Assembly (NCBI GenBank): GCA_964458595.1
Contig: CAYWJQ010000006.1
Location: forward strand, 69,776 to 133,775
DNA: 64,000 bases
DNA from: an uncultured Thermoplasmata archaeon
GTDB taxonomy: Archaea; Thermoplasmatota; Thermoplasmata; Halarchaeoplasmatales; Halarchaeoplasmataceae
Direction of reading: 5' to 3'
Position 1 is the stretch's first letter. Every line of letters begins with the position of its first letter. Shown here piece by piece: positions 29,201 to 38,215 of the stretch. Both the position numbers and the translations under genes were made by a program. The notes beneath the pieces were generated by a model. The model was given only the letters and a program-made list of their open reading frames with translations, ran no database searches and was not told where the DNA came from.

Positions 29201-30207
29201 GCGGGGCGAGAGAGATTAAAGTCGATGACGAGGACACTGCCGAATGCGAGTACATCCTAGAGTGGGAAATAAACGGTCAAGATGTGGAGATAGGAATCAA
29301 CCCTCTCTATAAAACGCAGGTTTTGGATTATTTCACGAGATTATCCGGAGTAGACGAACAGATCGCTGAGACCCTTTATGAAGCTAGATATACCTCTATC
29401 GAGCATCTCAAAGAAGCATCGGCTTCAGAGCTATCGGGTGTAGAGGGCATCAAAAGGAGCTTAGCTAGGAGTATAATCAACTCTCTAAAAGAGATCGAAA
29501 GTAAAGAAGAACTTCAGGAAGAGAAGAAACCCTCTGAAAAGCTAAAGGCCGAGGAAGAAGAAGAAAAAGAAACTGGTGAAAAAGAGATGGAGGAAGAACC
29601 AGAGGAAGAGATAGAAGAAGAGACTGAGGAAAAAATGGAAAAAGAAGCCGAAGAAGAGCCGGAAGAAGGACTTGAAGAAACTGAAGAAAAACTCGAGGAA
29701 GAAGAAGAGGAAACTATGGATAGAGAGAGGATCCAAGAGGAATTACCAGATAAAATTTCACTTGGCTCCACGTACTTGATCGAAGAAGAAGGAACGGAGG
29801 AATCTTTCAGCTTATTGAAAGAAGTATTAGATATGGGTCAGCAGGGTCTTTGTGTATCTAGAGATTATCCGGAAAAGATAAAGGAGGAATACGATTTAGA
29901 GGACGTTGAGATGATCTGGCTTTCGAACGTCGACAGGGAAGACGTGATCAGGCCGAAGAGTTTGGAAAAGCTCAGTTTAGCTTTAGAGAACTTTTTGGCA
30001 AGGAAAGGTGGAGTCATATTGTTAAACGGACTTGAGTATCTCATCACTAATAATGACTTCCGAACTGTGCTCCACCTCATCCAATCCATTAAAGATCAGG
30101 TTGCCATAAATGAATCTATACTCCTAATACCGATTAATCCCACGGTGGTCGAAGATAGCCAACTTGATCTATTGAGCGGAGAAATTGATGAATTGATCGA
30201 ACCCTGA
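26209..30207 (+). CDS. Isoleucyl-tRNA synthetase-like paralog with degenerate catalytic motifs, fused to helix-hairpin-helix region, acidic linker and DUF835-like domain
   Basis: Class I aaRS scaffold recognisable (PPFP...MRGFNV...GTDPLSLRIE; DWLVTRDNHWGMAFPIWRCECG; Zn-knuckle CPEC/CDAC motifs) but HIGH is replaced by WDEL and the KMSKS position reads YKNVKG; C-terminal 450 aa are HhH-like, E-rich linker and a domain homologous to the centre of the 5773-9045 protein. Confidence 0.8.
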   Translation: MGNSRELNPQELEKEILQFWRSEDINDELIDSRRGGRNYYLARPPFPVKDELSWDELYGNIIYDAWARFMSMRGFNVRNGIGTDPLSLRIEKLALKEEGLRCLKTSLEGHESFSEDLSDRAEVLKEETFDHLQHLGLWTNSEYDYETTSGKFIDSICWTIKELMEKDLLAKKEKPVRWCPECKIPVMGSEKSTREEPRNDPIVKVPLASGKERYFLVEIKDLWKLPASLSLAVNPKMKYSVIKSTTGDGEVEQYVVLQEKAAEMMEKAGRRYTVLNTVDGKKLKGLSFRYPLGEKIPEKVEIDCEHKRRVLGTDEVNEEGTGIEFLVPPYEESHLEIAEENDMNIYDPLRDNGYFDGGPRKNKYSGLSTFQSEEVILDDLRAKGLLFWNEREQRKVEVCDACKSKLIRHRKKEWFFDSERFEEDIGEGLNQIETLPSNKNLKVDDWLVTRDNHWGMAFPIWRCECGKSFIPSERKELADNSDYDVDDLFIPETMKNIEVECPECGKRMDRDDRVITPSLLRAASPWAQIGYPHDEKGYQSWWPGKLMIGSDPREDGLFSANLSLSLSLFDEPSIEKILLKGTIISEIDYKNVKGLVDNQGHDTLRIHLLSDSHLWEDRKIEGDNLQEPHPMIRVLWNLHQFFKDNLRTLDLELEDLVSEPDLERLEVEDRWLCSCLETTKEVSHEYYEHGRIDEAQKVFQDFILEDFAQWYISLARERLGDGKENEENILSAMYRCLKDISKLIFPIAPFIGEKIYLDLNEDEKSAFLSGWPDFEEKYRSLELEDEMKEIRRIVNEIKEIKRREELPEKWPLDEIIYKPKDEESKDLIERYSHVIKDKAKVKIVKILEVGEEWEDSILKVRPNEETIGKSYQQWKSKIATMLQQRSPEEIRKGVEEGEFTMGLEGQIIEIEPEMVEFEKDMPEGYKELSLDGHDIFVNLEVTNQIWEEEMADEIILRLKSMREDMNLAEEDEIDAYISGEDYIIEAVENHMAGIKERSGAREIKVDDEDTAECEYILEWEINGQDVEIGINPLYKTQVLDYFTRLSGVDEQIAETLYEARYTSIEHLKEASASELSGVEGIKRSLARSIINSLKEIESKEELQEEKKPSEKLKAEEEEEKETGEKEMEEEPEEEIEEETEEKMEKEAEEEPEEGLEETEEKLEEEEEETMDRERIQEELPDKISLGSTYLIEEEGTEESFSLLKEVLDMGQQGLCVSRDYPEKIKEEYDLEDVEMIWLSNVDREDVIRPKSLEKLSLALENFLARKGGVILLNGLEYLITNNDFRTVLHLIQSIKDQVAINESILLIPINPTVVEDSQLDLLSGEIDELIEP

Positions 30208-30237
30208 TCGTAACCGATATTTGGAATCCTTGGGTGT

Positions 30238-31146
30238 TTGAGTATGGAAATAGGTGTTATCGGTGCGGGAGCGATGGGAACTTTTCTATCTGGAATACTA
30301 GGTAGAGATCATCCCGTCGATCTGTTGGGCCGAAAAGATAGAGATATAAAAACCATCGAGATAACCGGTGAAACTAGCTTAGAATCTTCCGTCAACTATA
30401 CCGTGGATCCATCCGACTTCTCTAACGAAGACCTGATAATAGTCTGCACGAAATCTTTCGATACTGAAGAGGCGATAGGTACCCTTTCAGAGTATATATC
30501 TTCGGATTCTCTAGTCTTGACCCTTCAAAATGGGTTGGAAAATGAAGAGATCATCTCTGATTACGTCGGTAAAAGTAGGACTATCGGCGGCGTCACTAGT
30601 CACGGGATAACTTTCAAAAAGCCAGGGAAGGTTAAACACGCGGGTAAAGGGGACACCATCATCGGGCCTTATCCAAAAGGTCTAGATGAAAGACTGAAGA
30701 GGGTGAAGAACGTATCAGAGGAATTCAACACATGTGGATTGGAAACGAAAATCAGTGAAAATATCGTAGGCCATATATGGAAAAAAGCGATCATCAATTC
30801 CGCTATAAATCCATTGACAGCCCTGACCGAGGTTAAGAACGGATTATTAGTCGATGATCCCGATCTTTTCGAGCTTATGAAAAACACTGCATTAGAGAGT
30901 TACCATGTAGCCGAGAGGTATGTTGATCTTCCTGTCGATGACGTCGTAGATGAAACGATGAAGGTAGCAGAACAGACATCAGAAAACATATCGAGCATGC
31001 TTCAGGATAAAATGAAAGGTAATAAAACTGAAGTAGAGCAGATAAATGGTGCCTTGGTGGATAAAGGAAAAAGATATGATATATCTACTCCGATAAATAA
31101 GGTTCTTTACAGATTGATAAAAGGGATGGAAAATAGCTATCTTTGA
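30238..31146 (+). CDS. 2-dehydropantoate 2-reductase (ketopantoate reductase, ApbA/PanE family)
   Basis: N-terminal Rossmann motif IGVIGAGAMG; 302 aa. Confidence 0.65.
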   Translation: MSMEIGVIGAGAMGTFLSGILGRDHPVDLLGRKDRDIKTIEITGETSLESSVNYTVDPSDFSNEDLIIVCTKSFDTEEAIGTLSEYISSDSLVLTLQNGLENEEIISDYVGKSRTIGGVTSHGITFKKPGKVKHAGKGDTIIGPYPKGLDERLKRVKNVSEEFNTCGLETKISENIVGHIWKKAIINSAINPLTALTEVKNGLLVDDPDLFELMKNTALESYHVAERYVDLPVDDVVDETMKVAEQTSENISSMLQDKMKGNKTEVEQINGALVDKGKRYDISTPINKVLYRLIKGMENSYL

Positions 31147-32369
31147 CTTTTATTTCGATCTAGGACCTCGCCCAGGAGATAAACGTCTTCGGCTTTTTTG
31201 ATCTTGACTCTTTTCCACTTGCCTATGAGGTCTTTGTCTTCCTCTTTCAAAACAACGACCTTGTAATTGTTCATCCTTCCTTTCAAGGAATCTCCTTTAC
31301 CCTCTTCTAAGACCAAAACTTCGGTTTCCCTATTGACGAAGCCTTCATTTATCTCTCGACTTATATCGAATCTCAGATCGGTCATCTCTTTCGATCTTTT
31401 TTTCTTTTCTCTAGAATGGACTTTATCGTCCATCTCAGCGGCTCTCGTGCCTTCTCTAGGGCTGAATCTAGTAACATTTATTATGTCCGGTTTTACCTTT
31501 TTAACCATTTCTTTCGTCCTTTCAAAGTCCTCCTTTTCTTCGCCAGGAAAACCCACGATCACGTCTGTCGAAAGCGTCAAATCTGGGAATTCTTCCTTGA
31601 AGATTTTAGCGGTTCTTTTCCATTCTTGAGCGGTATAGTTCCTGTTCATATTCTCGAGGATCTTATCGGATCCAGACTGCAATGGTAAATGCAGAAATTT
31701 GTAGACCCTCTCGTTTTTCATGACCTCTAACAGTCCATCTTGGATAGGCCTTAATGTATCGACGTTCATCATCCCGATCCTTATCCTGTGATCACCTTCC
31801 ACCTTCAATAGTTCATTCAACAGTTCTATCAAGTCCGTGTCTCTGTCTTTCCCGTATGCCGCCGCATCTTGACAGGTCAATCTGACCTCTTTCGTAGAGG
31901 TCGAGATCAATTCATCGAATCTTTCTTTGATTTCATCTAAAGACCTGCTTTCGAGACCTCCTCTTGCAAGTTTTGTGATGCAGTAGGAACATCTACCGGA
32001 ACATCCCGTCGCTATCGGTATCGTCCCGATGACTGAATTCTCTTGAGAATTCCTTTGAAATCTGCTGAATTCGACCTCGTCCGGCGCGATGAAATCGAGG
32101 TTCTTACATCTCCCTTTCATCTCGTCCTTTCTGATGGTAGAGAGACAACCGGCCACGATAACTTCCGAACATTCGTCTTCTAACTCTTCTATGCGTCTCT
32201 TCATCCTTTCTTCGGTCTTTTTTATCACTACGCAGGTACCGATCAGCACTTTATCCGCTTCTTCTATAGAATCCACTTCTTTGTGCCCCTCTTTTTCCAG
32301 AGATTCAGCTATCATCTCGGTTTCTCCCTGGTTCATGGTACATCCGTAAGATTCCACGTAGAACTTCAT
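31137..32369 (-). CDS. Radical SAM methylthiotransferase (MiaB/RimO/MtaB family) with TRAM domain
   Basis: N-terminal YVESYGCTMNQGE, radical SAM CSGRCSYC, C-terminal TRAM-like region; 410 aa. Confidence 0.85.
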   Translation of the reverse strand: MKFYVESYGCTMNQGETEMIAESLEKEGHKEVDSIEEADKVLIGTCVVIKKTEERMKRRIEELEDECSEVIVAGCLSTIRKDEMKGRCKNLDFIAPDEVEFSRFQRNSQENSVIGTIPIATGCSGRCSYCITKLARGGLESRSLDEIKERFDELISTSTKEVRLTCQDAAAYGKDRDTDLIELLNELLKVEGDHRIRIGMMNVDTLRPIQDGLLEVMKNERVYKFLHLPLQSGSDKILENMNRNYTAQEWKRTAKIFKEEFPDLTLSTDVIVGFPGEEKEDFERTKEMVKKVKPDIINVTRFSPREGTRAAEMDDKVHSREKKKRSKEMTDLRFDISREINEGFVNRETEVLVLEEGKGDSLKGRMNNYKVVVLKEEDKDLIGKWKRVKIKKAEDVYLLGEVLDRNKSQR

Positions 32370-32439
32370 CTAAACTGTATTCAGGGATAGGGGTATTTTA
32401 TACTTGTCTCTTATCTCGTAAAAAATATAAATAGGAAGA

Positions 32440-32793
32440 TTACTCCCGCTCTTCCCTCATCATCTCTTCCATCTTTTTTTCCATGAACTCCCTTAGCTTT
32501 TCGTTCATCTCGTCCTTCATCTCTGGAGGTATGAGTTCGAATCCTAGATCAGCACTAGATTTCGCCAACATGGCATAGGCGTAGGTCTCTTTCATCTTTG
32601 CTTCCATCAATATTTTGACGTACTCCTTGAATTGAGACTTCAACTCTTCGTTCTCCTCTAATTTTGACCTGATATGCTCTTTTATCTCGTCTTTTATCAG
32701 CTCTTCGACCGCCTCTACCATCAGTCCTTCAGTGTCGATCAGATCTTCCCCTCCTTTCAGAAGAGACTCCATGGTTCTGTCTAACTCAGACAA
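32440..32793 (-). CDS. Hypothetical small charged protein
   Basis: 117-aa E/K-rich ORF. Confidence 0.35.
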   Translation of the reverse strand: MSELDRTMESLLKGGEDLIDTEGLMVEAVEELIKDEIKEHIRSKLEENEELKSQFKEYVKILMEAKMKETYAYAMLAKSSADLGFELIPPEMKDEMNEKLREFMEKKMEEMMREERE

Positions 32794-32886
32794 GTTATCA
32801 CATAGAAAGATTAAGAGTTAATGATATTAGTGTTTATCGGCTTATCAGGTAAAAACCCTTATATCATCATTTTATTATCTCAAAAT

Positions 32887-33714
32887 ATGAAGGTAACTCT
32901 CGCCCAGAAAAAACATATCCTCGGAGATAAACAGAGAAATCTCGAAACCATAGAGAGTACGGCCCAAAGTGAAAATACCGATCTGATGATATTTCCGGAG
33001 ATGTTCCTCACCGGATACACGCTCAGAGATAGATCCTGGTACGAAAGCGAAAATATACCGGGCCCTTCTTCGAACGAGATATCCCGGTTAGCCGTAGAGA
33101 ACGATATGAACATAATCTGCGGTATGCCGGAAAAGATCGAAGGAGAAGCAAGATTGAGAAACGTAGCTCTGTTAGCGACTTCCGACGGGGAACTGCACAG
33201 ATACCGAAAGGTGTACCTTCCTAACTTTGGACCGTTTGAAGATAAGAGATACTTTAAGTCTGGAGATGAAGTCCCGGTCTTCGATACCCCTATAGGGAAG
33301 ATCGGAATGCTCATCTGTTATGATCTTTTCTTTCCCGAATTGACTAAAACGATGGCTCAGAAGGGAGCCGAGATAATCGCGGTCATATCCGCTTCACCAT
33401 CCGTAACTCGTAAGTACTTCGAGAGAGTTATCCCCGCCCGGGCTATCGAAACCACGAGCTATATCTTCTATTCCAATCTAGTGGCTAGAGAGGAAAGCAT
33501 GTATTTCTGGGGTGGAGCTACCGCCGCTTCTCCGAAAGGCGAAATCATAGGGAAAGGGGACTACTTCGAAGAAGACCTCGTCCAGACCGATATCGATTTG
33601 CAAAACCTCTCCAATTCGAGAAGTGATAGACCAGTTTTGGACGACACTAGAAAGGAGGCGTTATCGGAATTAGAACTCTCTAGAGATGCGCATCCGTTTA
33701 TAGATGATCAATAA
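32887..33714 (+). CDS. Carbon-nitrogen hydrolase (nitrilase superfamily)
   Basis: Catalytic triad context: E in FPEMFLTGY, K, and Cys in MLICYDLFFPE; start moved to the Met of MKVTLAQ. Confidence 0.8.
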   Translation: MKVTLAQKKHILGDKQRNLETIESTAQSENTDLMIFPEMFLTGYTLRDRSWYESENIPGPSSNEISRLAVENDMNIICGMPEKIEGEARLRNVALLATSDGELHRYRKVYLPNFGPFEDKRYFKSGDEVPVFDTPIGKIGMLICYDLFFPELTKTMAQKGAEIIAVISASPSVTRKYFERVIPARAIETTSYIFYSNLVAREESMYFWGGATAASPKGEIIGKGDYFEEDLVQTDIDLQNLSNSRSDRPVLDDTRKEALSELELSRDAHPFIDDQ

Positions 33715-35357
33715 AGTAGAACGAGAGCGACCACTATACCCTGTCCTATGAGTATATACCTGACCGCGTCGGTAAGTTTCACCTGGGTGATGATATTCTT
33801 GAAGTCTAATTTTTGGACCTTGCTAAACAAGGGATAAAGAGCTATCCCGACAGGGATAGTAAGAAGGATCAATATCCCCGCGGGGTTGATCAAAGTGCTG
33901 TATTCTAGATAAGACCCCAGAGCTATGTTCCGGGTCCCCGTCAAAACCGCCCCGGCGGGGAGTATGACATTTTTCATCCATATAGTGGATGTGGTGCCTA
34001 TAAAAATAGTAAGCCCGGCAAGAACTACCAAGGGTTTCATTATACTCACTGGAGCCTCTGCCGATTCAGCCTCAGTACTGCCGTGATATATTATCCTGAA
34101 AATCGAAGAAACCGTGATAACCTGGATAAGGAGAAAAGAAACAAGCACGAAAGGTCTCGAAAAAGCCGATTGGATCATAAAAGATTTGCTGTAAAATCCG
34201 TTCAAAGGCGGTATCCCCAGCATCGATAGAAGTCCGATCAGGAACGTAGATGCAAGGATGGGATGTCCTTTCCTAATGTTCAGTTCCCTTATATCGCCGG
34301 TCTTATATATGTAAATGAACGCTCCGGCTGAGAGGAAAAGCAGGGTTTTGAACACGGCATGATTTATCATATGGAACAGCGCTGAAGCCACAGAGAAGGG
34401 ACTCCATATACCGATACACGCGGTGATAAAGCCGATCTGAGCCACCGTATGCCATGTAAGGATGCGCTTTATCTCCCAATACGTGAGCGTCATCAGTGAC
34501 CCGATCACAGCGGTAACCAATCCGAAACCTATCACCAGATCGAGAATTATCTTTATATCGAATCCTATCTTGAAGAGCCTCAGGAGGATATAGATCCCTA
34601 CCTTGACCGTTATCCCAGCCAATACCGCAGTCATGGGGGTCGGGGCTGAAACATGTGCATCCGGAAGCCATGTGTGAAACGGGATCAGTCCGCTCTTAAC
34701 CCCTACCGCCACCATGAAAAAGGAGAAGATGAGTATCTTGGTCTCGATAGCTAAACCCGGCAATGTCCTACCTATTGCTTTTAGGTCTAGGTAACCGGTA
34801 TTGAAGTACAGTAGAGCGATACCTGAGAGGAACAGAAACGACGCAACACTACCTATAACCAGATAATAATAGCTCGCTCTTAGCGATTCTTTAGTCCTGG
34901 TGTAGGTGAGGAGTACATAAGTCGTGAGTACAGATAATTCGAAGAAAACGTATCTATTTATCAGGTCTCCAGTGAGAAAAACGCCGTAAAGACCGGCGGT
35001 CATGAAGAGGAAAAGGAAGTAATATCTTTCTCCCCGGGGAAGCATATTTTTGGATTCGAGTGAATAGACGAATGAAGAAAGCGTGACTATCCCGACCATC
35101 GTGGCCATAGTGGCGGAAAGACTGTCCAGAACGAGAGTTATAGCGAAAGGTCTCTTCCATCCGCCCAATTCGTATACCACGGGACTTTCCAGTATAGCAG
35201 GGGTGTATGAGAACAGAAGAACTACAGGAACGGTTAAAGCAATCAAAGTGATGACATCGTTTGCTCTTTCCGGGAGTTCTATCTTGGAGAAAAGTTCTAG
35301 CAGAAGACCACCGGTCAGTGGAGATATTATTATGATTATCGGAGCATGTTCAATCAT
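33708..35357 (-). CDS. mrpD: Mrp/Mnh antiporter subunit D-like (NuoN/NuoL-like proton-pumping membrane subunit)
   Basis: 549-aa polytopic membrane protein at the end of an E-F-G-B-C-D gene order. Confidence 0.75.
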   Translation of the reverse strand: MIEHAPIIIIISPLTGGLLLELFSKIELPERANDVITLIALTVPVVLLFSYTPAILESPVVYELGGWKRPFAITLVLDSLSATMATMVGIVTLSSFVYSLESKNMLPRGERYYFLFLFMTAGLYGVFLTGDLINRYVFFELSVLTTYVLLTYTRTKESLRASYYYLVIGSVASFLFLSGIALLYFNTGYLDLKAIGRTLPGLAIETKILIFSFFMVAVGVKSGLIPFHTWLPDAHVSAPTPMTAVLAGITVKVGIYILLRLFKIGFDIKIILDLVIGFGLVTAVIGSLMTLTYWEIKRILTWHTVAQIGFITACIGIWSPFSVASALFHMINHAVFKTLLFLSAGAFIYIYKTGDIRELNIRKGHPILASTFLIGLLSMLGIPPLNGFYSKSFMIQSAFSRPFVLVSFLLIQVITVSSIFRIIYHGSTEAESAEAPVSIMKPLVVLAGLTIFIGTTSTIWMKNVILPAGAVLTGTRNIALGSYLEYSTLINPAGILILLTIPVGIALYPLFSKVQKLDFKNIITQVKLTDAVRYILIGQGIVVALVLLY

Positions 35358-35682
35358 CTATATCCTCCCACATCTTCGAGACATCTAGCGTTCCGTATTC
35401 TTTGTAAAGATAGAGTATGAGAGCCAGACCGAGCGCGGTAGTTGCAAGACTCACTACGATCGAGGTGAGCATAAAAGTGTGGGGCAGGGGATCGACCATC
35501 TTTCCCCCTCTACCTATTATCGGTACAGAACCACCGGGGGCATAGGCGACCGAGACGAATAAAAGGATAACTCCCGAGTTGACAACGGTTAAAGACATAA
35601 GGATCTTGACGGCATTCCTGTTATTCGTCAATCCGTAAAGACCTAAGAAGATCGTCAGTAATCCTATGTGGATCCCGTTCAT
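35350..35682 (-). CDS. mrpC: Mrp antiporter subunit C (NuoK-like)
   Basis: MNGIHIGLLTIFLGLYGLTNNRNAVKILMSLTVVNSG; start trimmed to the internal Met because the 5' extension in the ORF track overlaps mrpB. Confidence 0.7.
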   Translation of the reverse strand: MNGIHIGLLTIFLGLYGLTNNRNAVKILMSLTVVNSGVILLFVSVAYAPGGSVPIIGRGGKMVDPLPHTFMLTSIVVSLATTALGLALILYLYKEYGTLDVSKMWEDIDD

Positions 35683-36083
35683 TCTATCATCTCCTCGACA
35701 CCCTGCTCGAAAAAGAAGATGGCGAGAACGACGATCCCCGCGAAAACTTTCATGGCGATGATCACATCTAAGAACAGCAGGGCGATCATGCTGTGCGGGG
35801 TGAGATTGGTCATAAAGCTCCTGCCCAAGAATATACCTAAACTTCCAAATATCAAGAAAACGAATACACCGAAGGAATTGAACCACTCGATATGACGAGA
35901 TAATCTCTTGATCTTTTCTCTACCGTGAGTGATTAAAACCAATATGACCGCTGAGGCGAGCACAGCTCCGCCTTGAAAACCTCCTCCAGGTGAGTTATAT
36001 CCGAAAAGGGTCAAGTAGATCCCGTAGATTAGTATGAAAGGAGCTAAAGCTCTCCCGAACGTCCTAACTATTATCGACTTCAA
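35679..36083 (-). CDS. mrpB: Mrp antiporter subunit B
   Basis: MnhB hallmark NSPGGGFQGGAVLAS. Confidence 0.7.
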   Translation of the reverse strand: MKSIIVRTFGRALAPFILIYGIYLTLFGYNSPGGGFQGGAVLASAVILVLITHGREKIKRLSRHIEWFNSFGVFVFLIFGSLGIFLGRSFMTNLTPHSMIALLFLDVIIAMKVFAGIVVLAIFFFEQGVEEMIE

Positions 36084-36382
36084 ACCTCATCCCCCTCCTC
36101 CGACTCGTTATCCTTCAATATCTCTTTCCCCAGGATGATTATACCCTCTATGGAGATGTAAAGGACTATCACCTCGCCGAAGGTATCGTATGCCCTATAA
36201 TCTAGCAGTATCGCCTCTACGAGGTTTTTAGCACCCGTCTTTTCGTGATTTTCTATATAATAATCCAGCATCGGAGAATCGGTTTTATCGACATGGTCCA
36301 AGCTCAACCCGTGAAGTATCACAGCGGATATCGCAATGACCAGTACAGCGGTCAATATCCTTTTAGGCATGCTCTCTTTCAT
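36080..36382 (-). CDS. Mrp/Mbh-type small subunit (MnhB N-terminal-like)
   Basis: 100 aa with one TM segment and LLDYRAYDTFGE motif; operon context. Confidence 0.5.
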   Translation of the reverse strand: MKESMPKRILTAVLVIAISAVILHGLSLDHVDKTDSPMLDYYIENHEKTGAKNLVEAILLDYRAYDTFGEVIVLYISIEGIIILGKEILKDNESEEGDEV

Positions 36383-36662
36383 ATCCGAATTTCTCCAATT
36401 TTTTTATTATAGCGAGAAATAGAACCGTGCTCGCGCCAGTGCTCACTATCGAGTAGGTGAGCGCCACGTCCGGGGCTCTATATAGATAAAGGAGAAAGAT
36501 CAGAAAGATGGAAGTGAAAGCGAGGAAAATAAGCGCTCTGATAAGGTCGTTTTCTAATATCACCAAAACGCTGGAGATCAAAAAAAGCACCAAAAATAGA
36601 TCAATCATCATCTTCATCACTCCTTTTTTCATCTCTCTTTTCGAAGGACCCTTCTTTTTCAA
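36363..36662 (-). CDS. Mrp/Mbh-type small membrane subunit
   Basis: Two or three TM helices; true start probably an internal Met because the 5' end overlaps mrpG. Confidence 0.45.
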   Translation of the reverse strand: MKKKGPSKREMKKGVMKMMIDLFLVLFLISSVLVILENDLIRALIFLAFTSIFLIFLLYLYRAPDVALTYSIVSTGASTVLFLAIIKKLEKFGYEREHA

Positions 36663-36969
36663 CGTCGTGGAAAGGGATCCGGTCGCTGACTTCTGATTTG
36701 TGATGAGCGGCTCTAGCGATAGCGTGCGAAAGGATAGGCCCAGTGAAAAGTATGAAGATCATGATAAGCAGTATCTTAGCGGAGACCTGTGTTAGGCCGA
36801 TGCGGATAAGTATACCGGTCAGAAGAGCTATCGTTCCGCCGGTCTCCGCCTTTCCACTAGCGTGTATCCTCATATAGATATCTGAAAATCTTATGAGTCC
36901 CAAAGCGGCGGTGAACATCATCACGCATCCCAGCGATATCAACAGGATGGAAATTATCTCCACGATCAC
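36601..36969 (-). CDS. mrpG: Mrp antiporter subunit G
   Basis: MnhG motif RFSDIYMRIHASGKAETGG. Confidence 0.7.
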   Translation of the reverse strand: MIVEIISILLISLGCVMMFTAALGLIRFSDIYMRIHASGKAETGGTIALLTGILIRIGLTQVSAKILLIMIFILFTGPILSHAIARAAHHKSEVSDRIPFHDVEKEGSFEKRDEKRSDEDDD

Positions 36970-37256
36970 TCGAAGTCACCTCCTTCTAGATACTTGATTA
37001 TCGCGATACTTCCCACGAAGTCGAGCATTATGAAGGAAAGAGCGATATCTAGATAGATACCTAGATTGGTCTCTACGCTCGTTAGGATCAAAATTATCGT
37101 CATCATTATACCGACTACGTTAAGTGAAACCAGTCTGTCATACACTGAGGGCCCCAAGAATAGCCTGTATGACGCTAATATGCTTATGAAAAGAAGTATC
37201 ACTGCAGTCGCTAGATAGAGATTCAGGTGAACACCCCCTTTATCTTTTTGTCCCAT
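36966..37256 (-). CDS. mrpF: Mrp antiporter subunit F
   Basis: 96 aa, three TM helices, operon position between E and G. Confidence 0.6.
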   Translation of the reverse strand: MGQKDKGGVHLNLYLATAVILLFISILASYRLFLGPSVYDRLVSLNVVGIMMTIILILTSVETNLGIYLDIALSFIMLDFVGSIAIIKYLEGGDFE

Positions 37257-37795
37257 CCAGTTATGGTGTTCTTTATGCTTTCTGTAAGATTTTCAGCTTT
37301 GAGATAAGAATAATGAACGACGAGATAATAATCGTCATCTTCCTCTTCGACATCTATCACTAAAGTTCCCGGTGTCAAAGTTATAAGAAGAGATATAAGA
37401 GTCACCTCACCTTCTGAGGTCAAGCTGACCTTCGCCCTTATGATCCTGGCCTCTACATCTAAAGATAGGGTTTGATATATCAGTATAGCATTAGCTATTA
37501 TCAGCTTGAAAGTCACATCTACAAAGAGTGCTAAGATATTTTTTAGAGAATTGATATAATGTTTCAGTTCGCTTTTTTTTCTCTCCTCGCCATGTATGAC
37601 GAATTTGTGCACGGTCAAAGTGACTACACTGGCTGCTATGACTCCGGCGATCAAACTATAGACGGATAGATCACCTCCTTTCAGGATCACCACGAACTCG
37701 CCGGTCAGCAGAAGCCAGAATATCAATAAAAGTATATCTAAGAGCGCATAGTGTCTATTGAACGCATCCTCCTCGGAAAACCCATCTTCCATCAT
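37223..37795 (-). CDS. mrpE: Mrp antiporter subunit E
   Basis: MnhE hallmark TLTPGTLVIDV; 190 aa. Confidence 0.7.
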   Translation of the reverse strand: MMEDGFSEEDAFNRHYALLDILLLIFWLLLTGEFVVILKGGDLSVYSLIAGVIAASVVTLTVHKFVIHGEERKKSELKHYINSLKNILALFVDVTFKLIIANAILIYQTLSLDVEARIIRAKVSLTSEGEVTLISLLITLTPGTLVIDVEEEDDDYYLVVHYSYLKAENLTESIKNTITGWDKKIKGVFT

Positions 37796-37880
37796 CTAGC
37801 CCCTGTCAGACAGATATCTCAGAAGTTTAATCAACTATCGGTCCTATAAATCTATCGATTGCTCACCCCTTTTCTTTGGA

Positions 37881-38192
37881 ATGATAAAAAGATTTAAATT
37901 TGTTAATTCAATACACGTCATGATCAGCATGCTAGAAGAGTCATCGGAATTGATAGGACTACAGGTGTATACTAAGGACGGAATGTTCCTGGGGACTGTT
38001 GACAATGTCGTCATGGATATAGAAGAAGGAAAAGTTAACGGGATATTTGTCGGGGAGACCAATCCTCTATTGGTAGAAGATTCGAAGAGTACTTTGGTTC
38101 CCTTCAGATGGATAACTGCTATAGGGGATATCATACTTCTCAGTCACTTCCCTGAAAGAGTTTCTATATCCGGTGAGACTGAAGCCGAATAA
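37881..38192 (+). CDS. PRC-barrel-like small protein
   Basis: LIGLQVYTKDGMFLGTVDNVVMDIEEGKVNGIFV pattern; start probably the internal Met of MLEESSEL. Confidence 0.45.
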   Translation: MIKRFKFVNSIHVMISMLEESSELIGLQVYTKDGMFLGTVDNVVMDIEEGKVNGIFVGETNPLLVEDSKSTLVPFRWITAIGDIILLSHFPERVSISGETEAE

Positions 38193-38215
38193 TAGAGTAA
38201 GGAGGAGGAAAATCC

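Noticed and set aside
29514-29771. Minus-strand Ser/Phe-rich ORFs inside the IleRS-like gene
   Set aside because: Antisense artefact of the glutamate-rich linker coding region.
35350-35886. 178-aa version of the mrpC ORF with an Arg/His-rich N-terminal extension
   Set aside because: The extension overlaps mrpB in another frame and is not membrane-like; the conserved MrpC sequence starts at an internal Met, so the gene was trimmed to 35350-35682.
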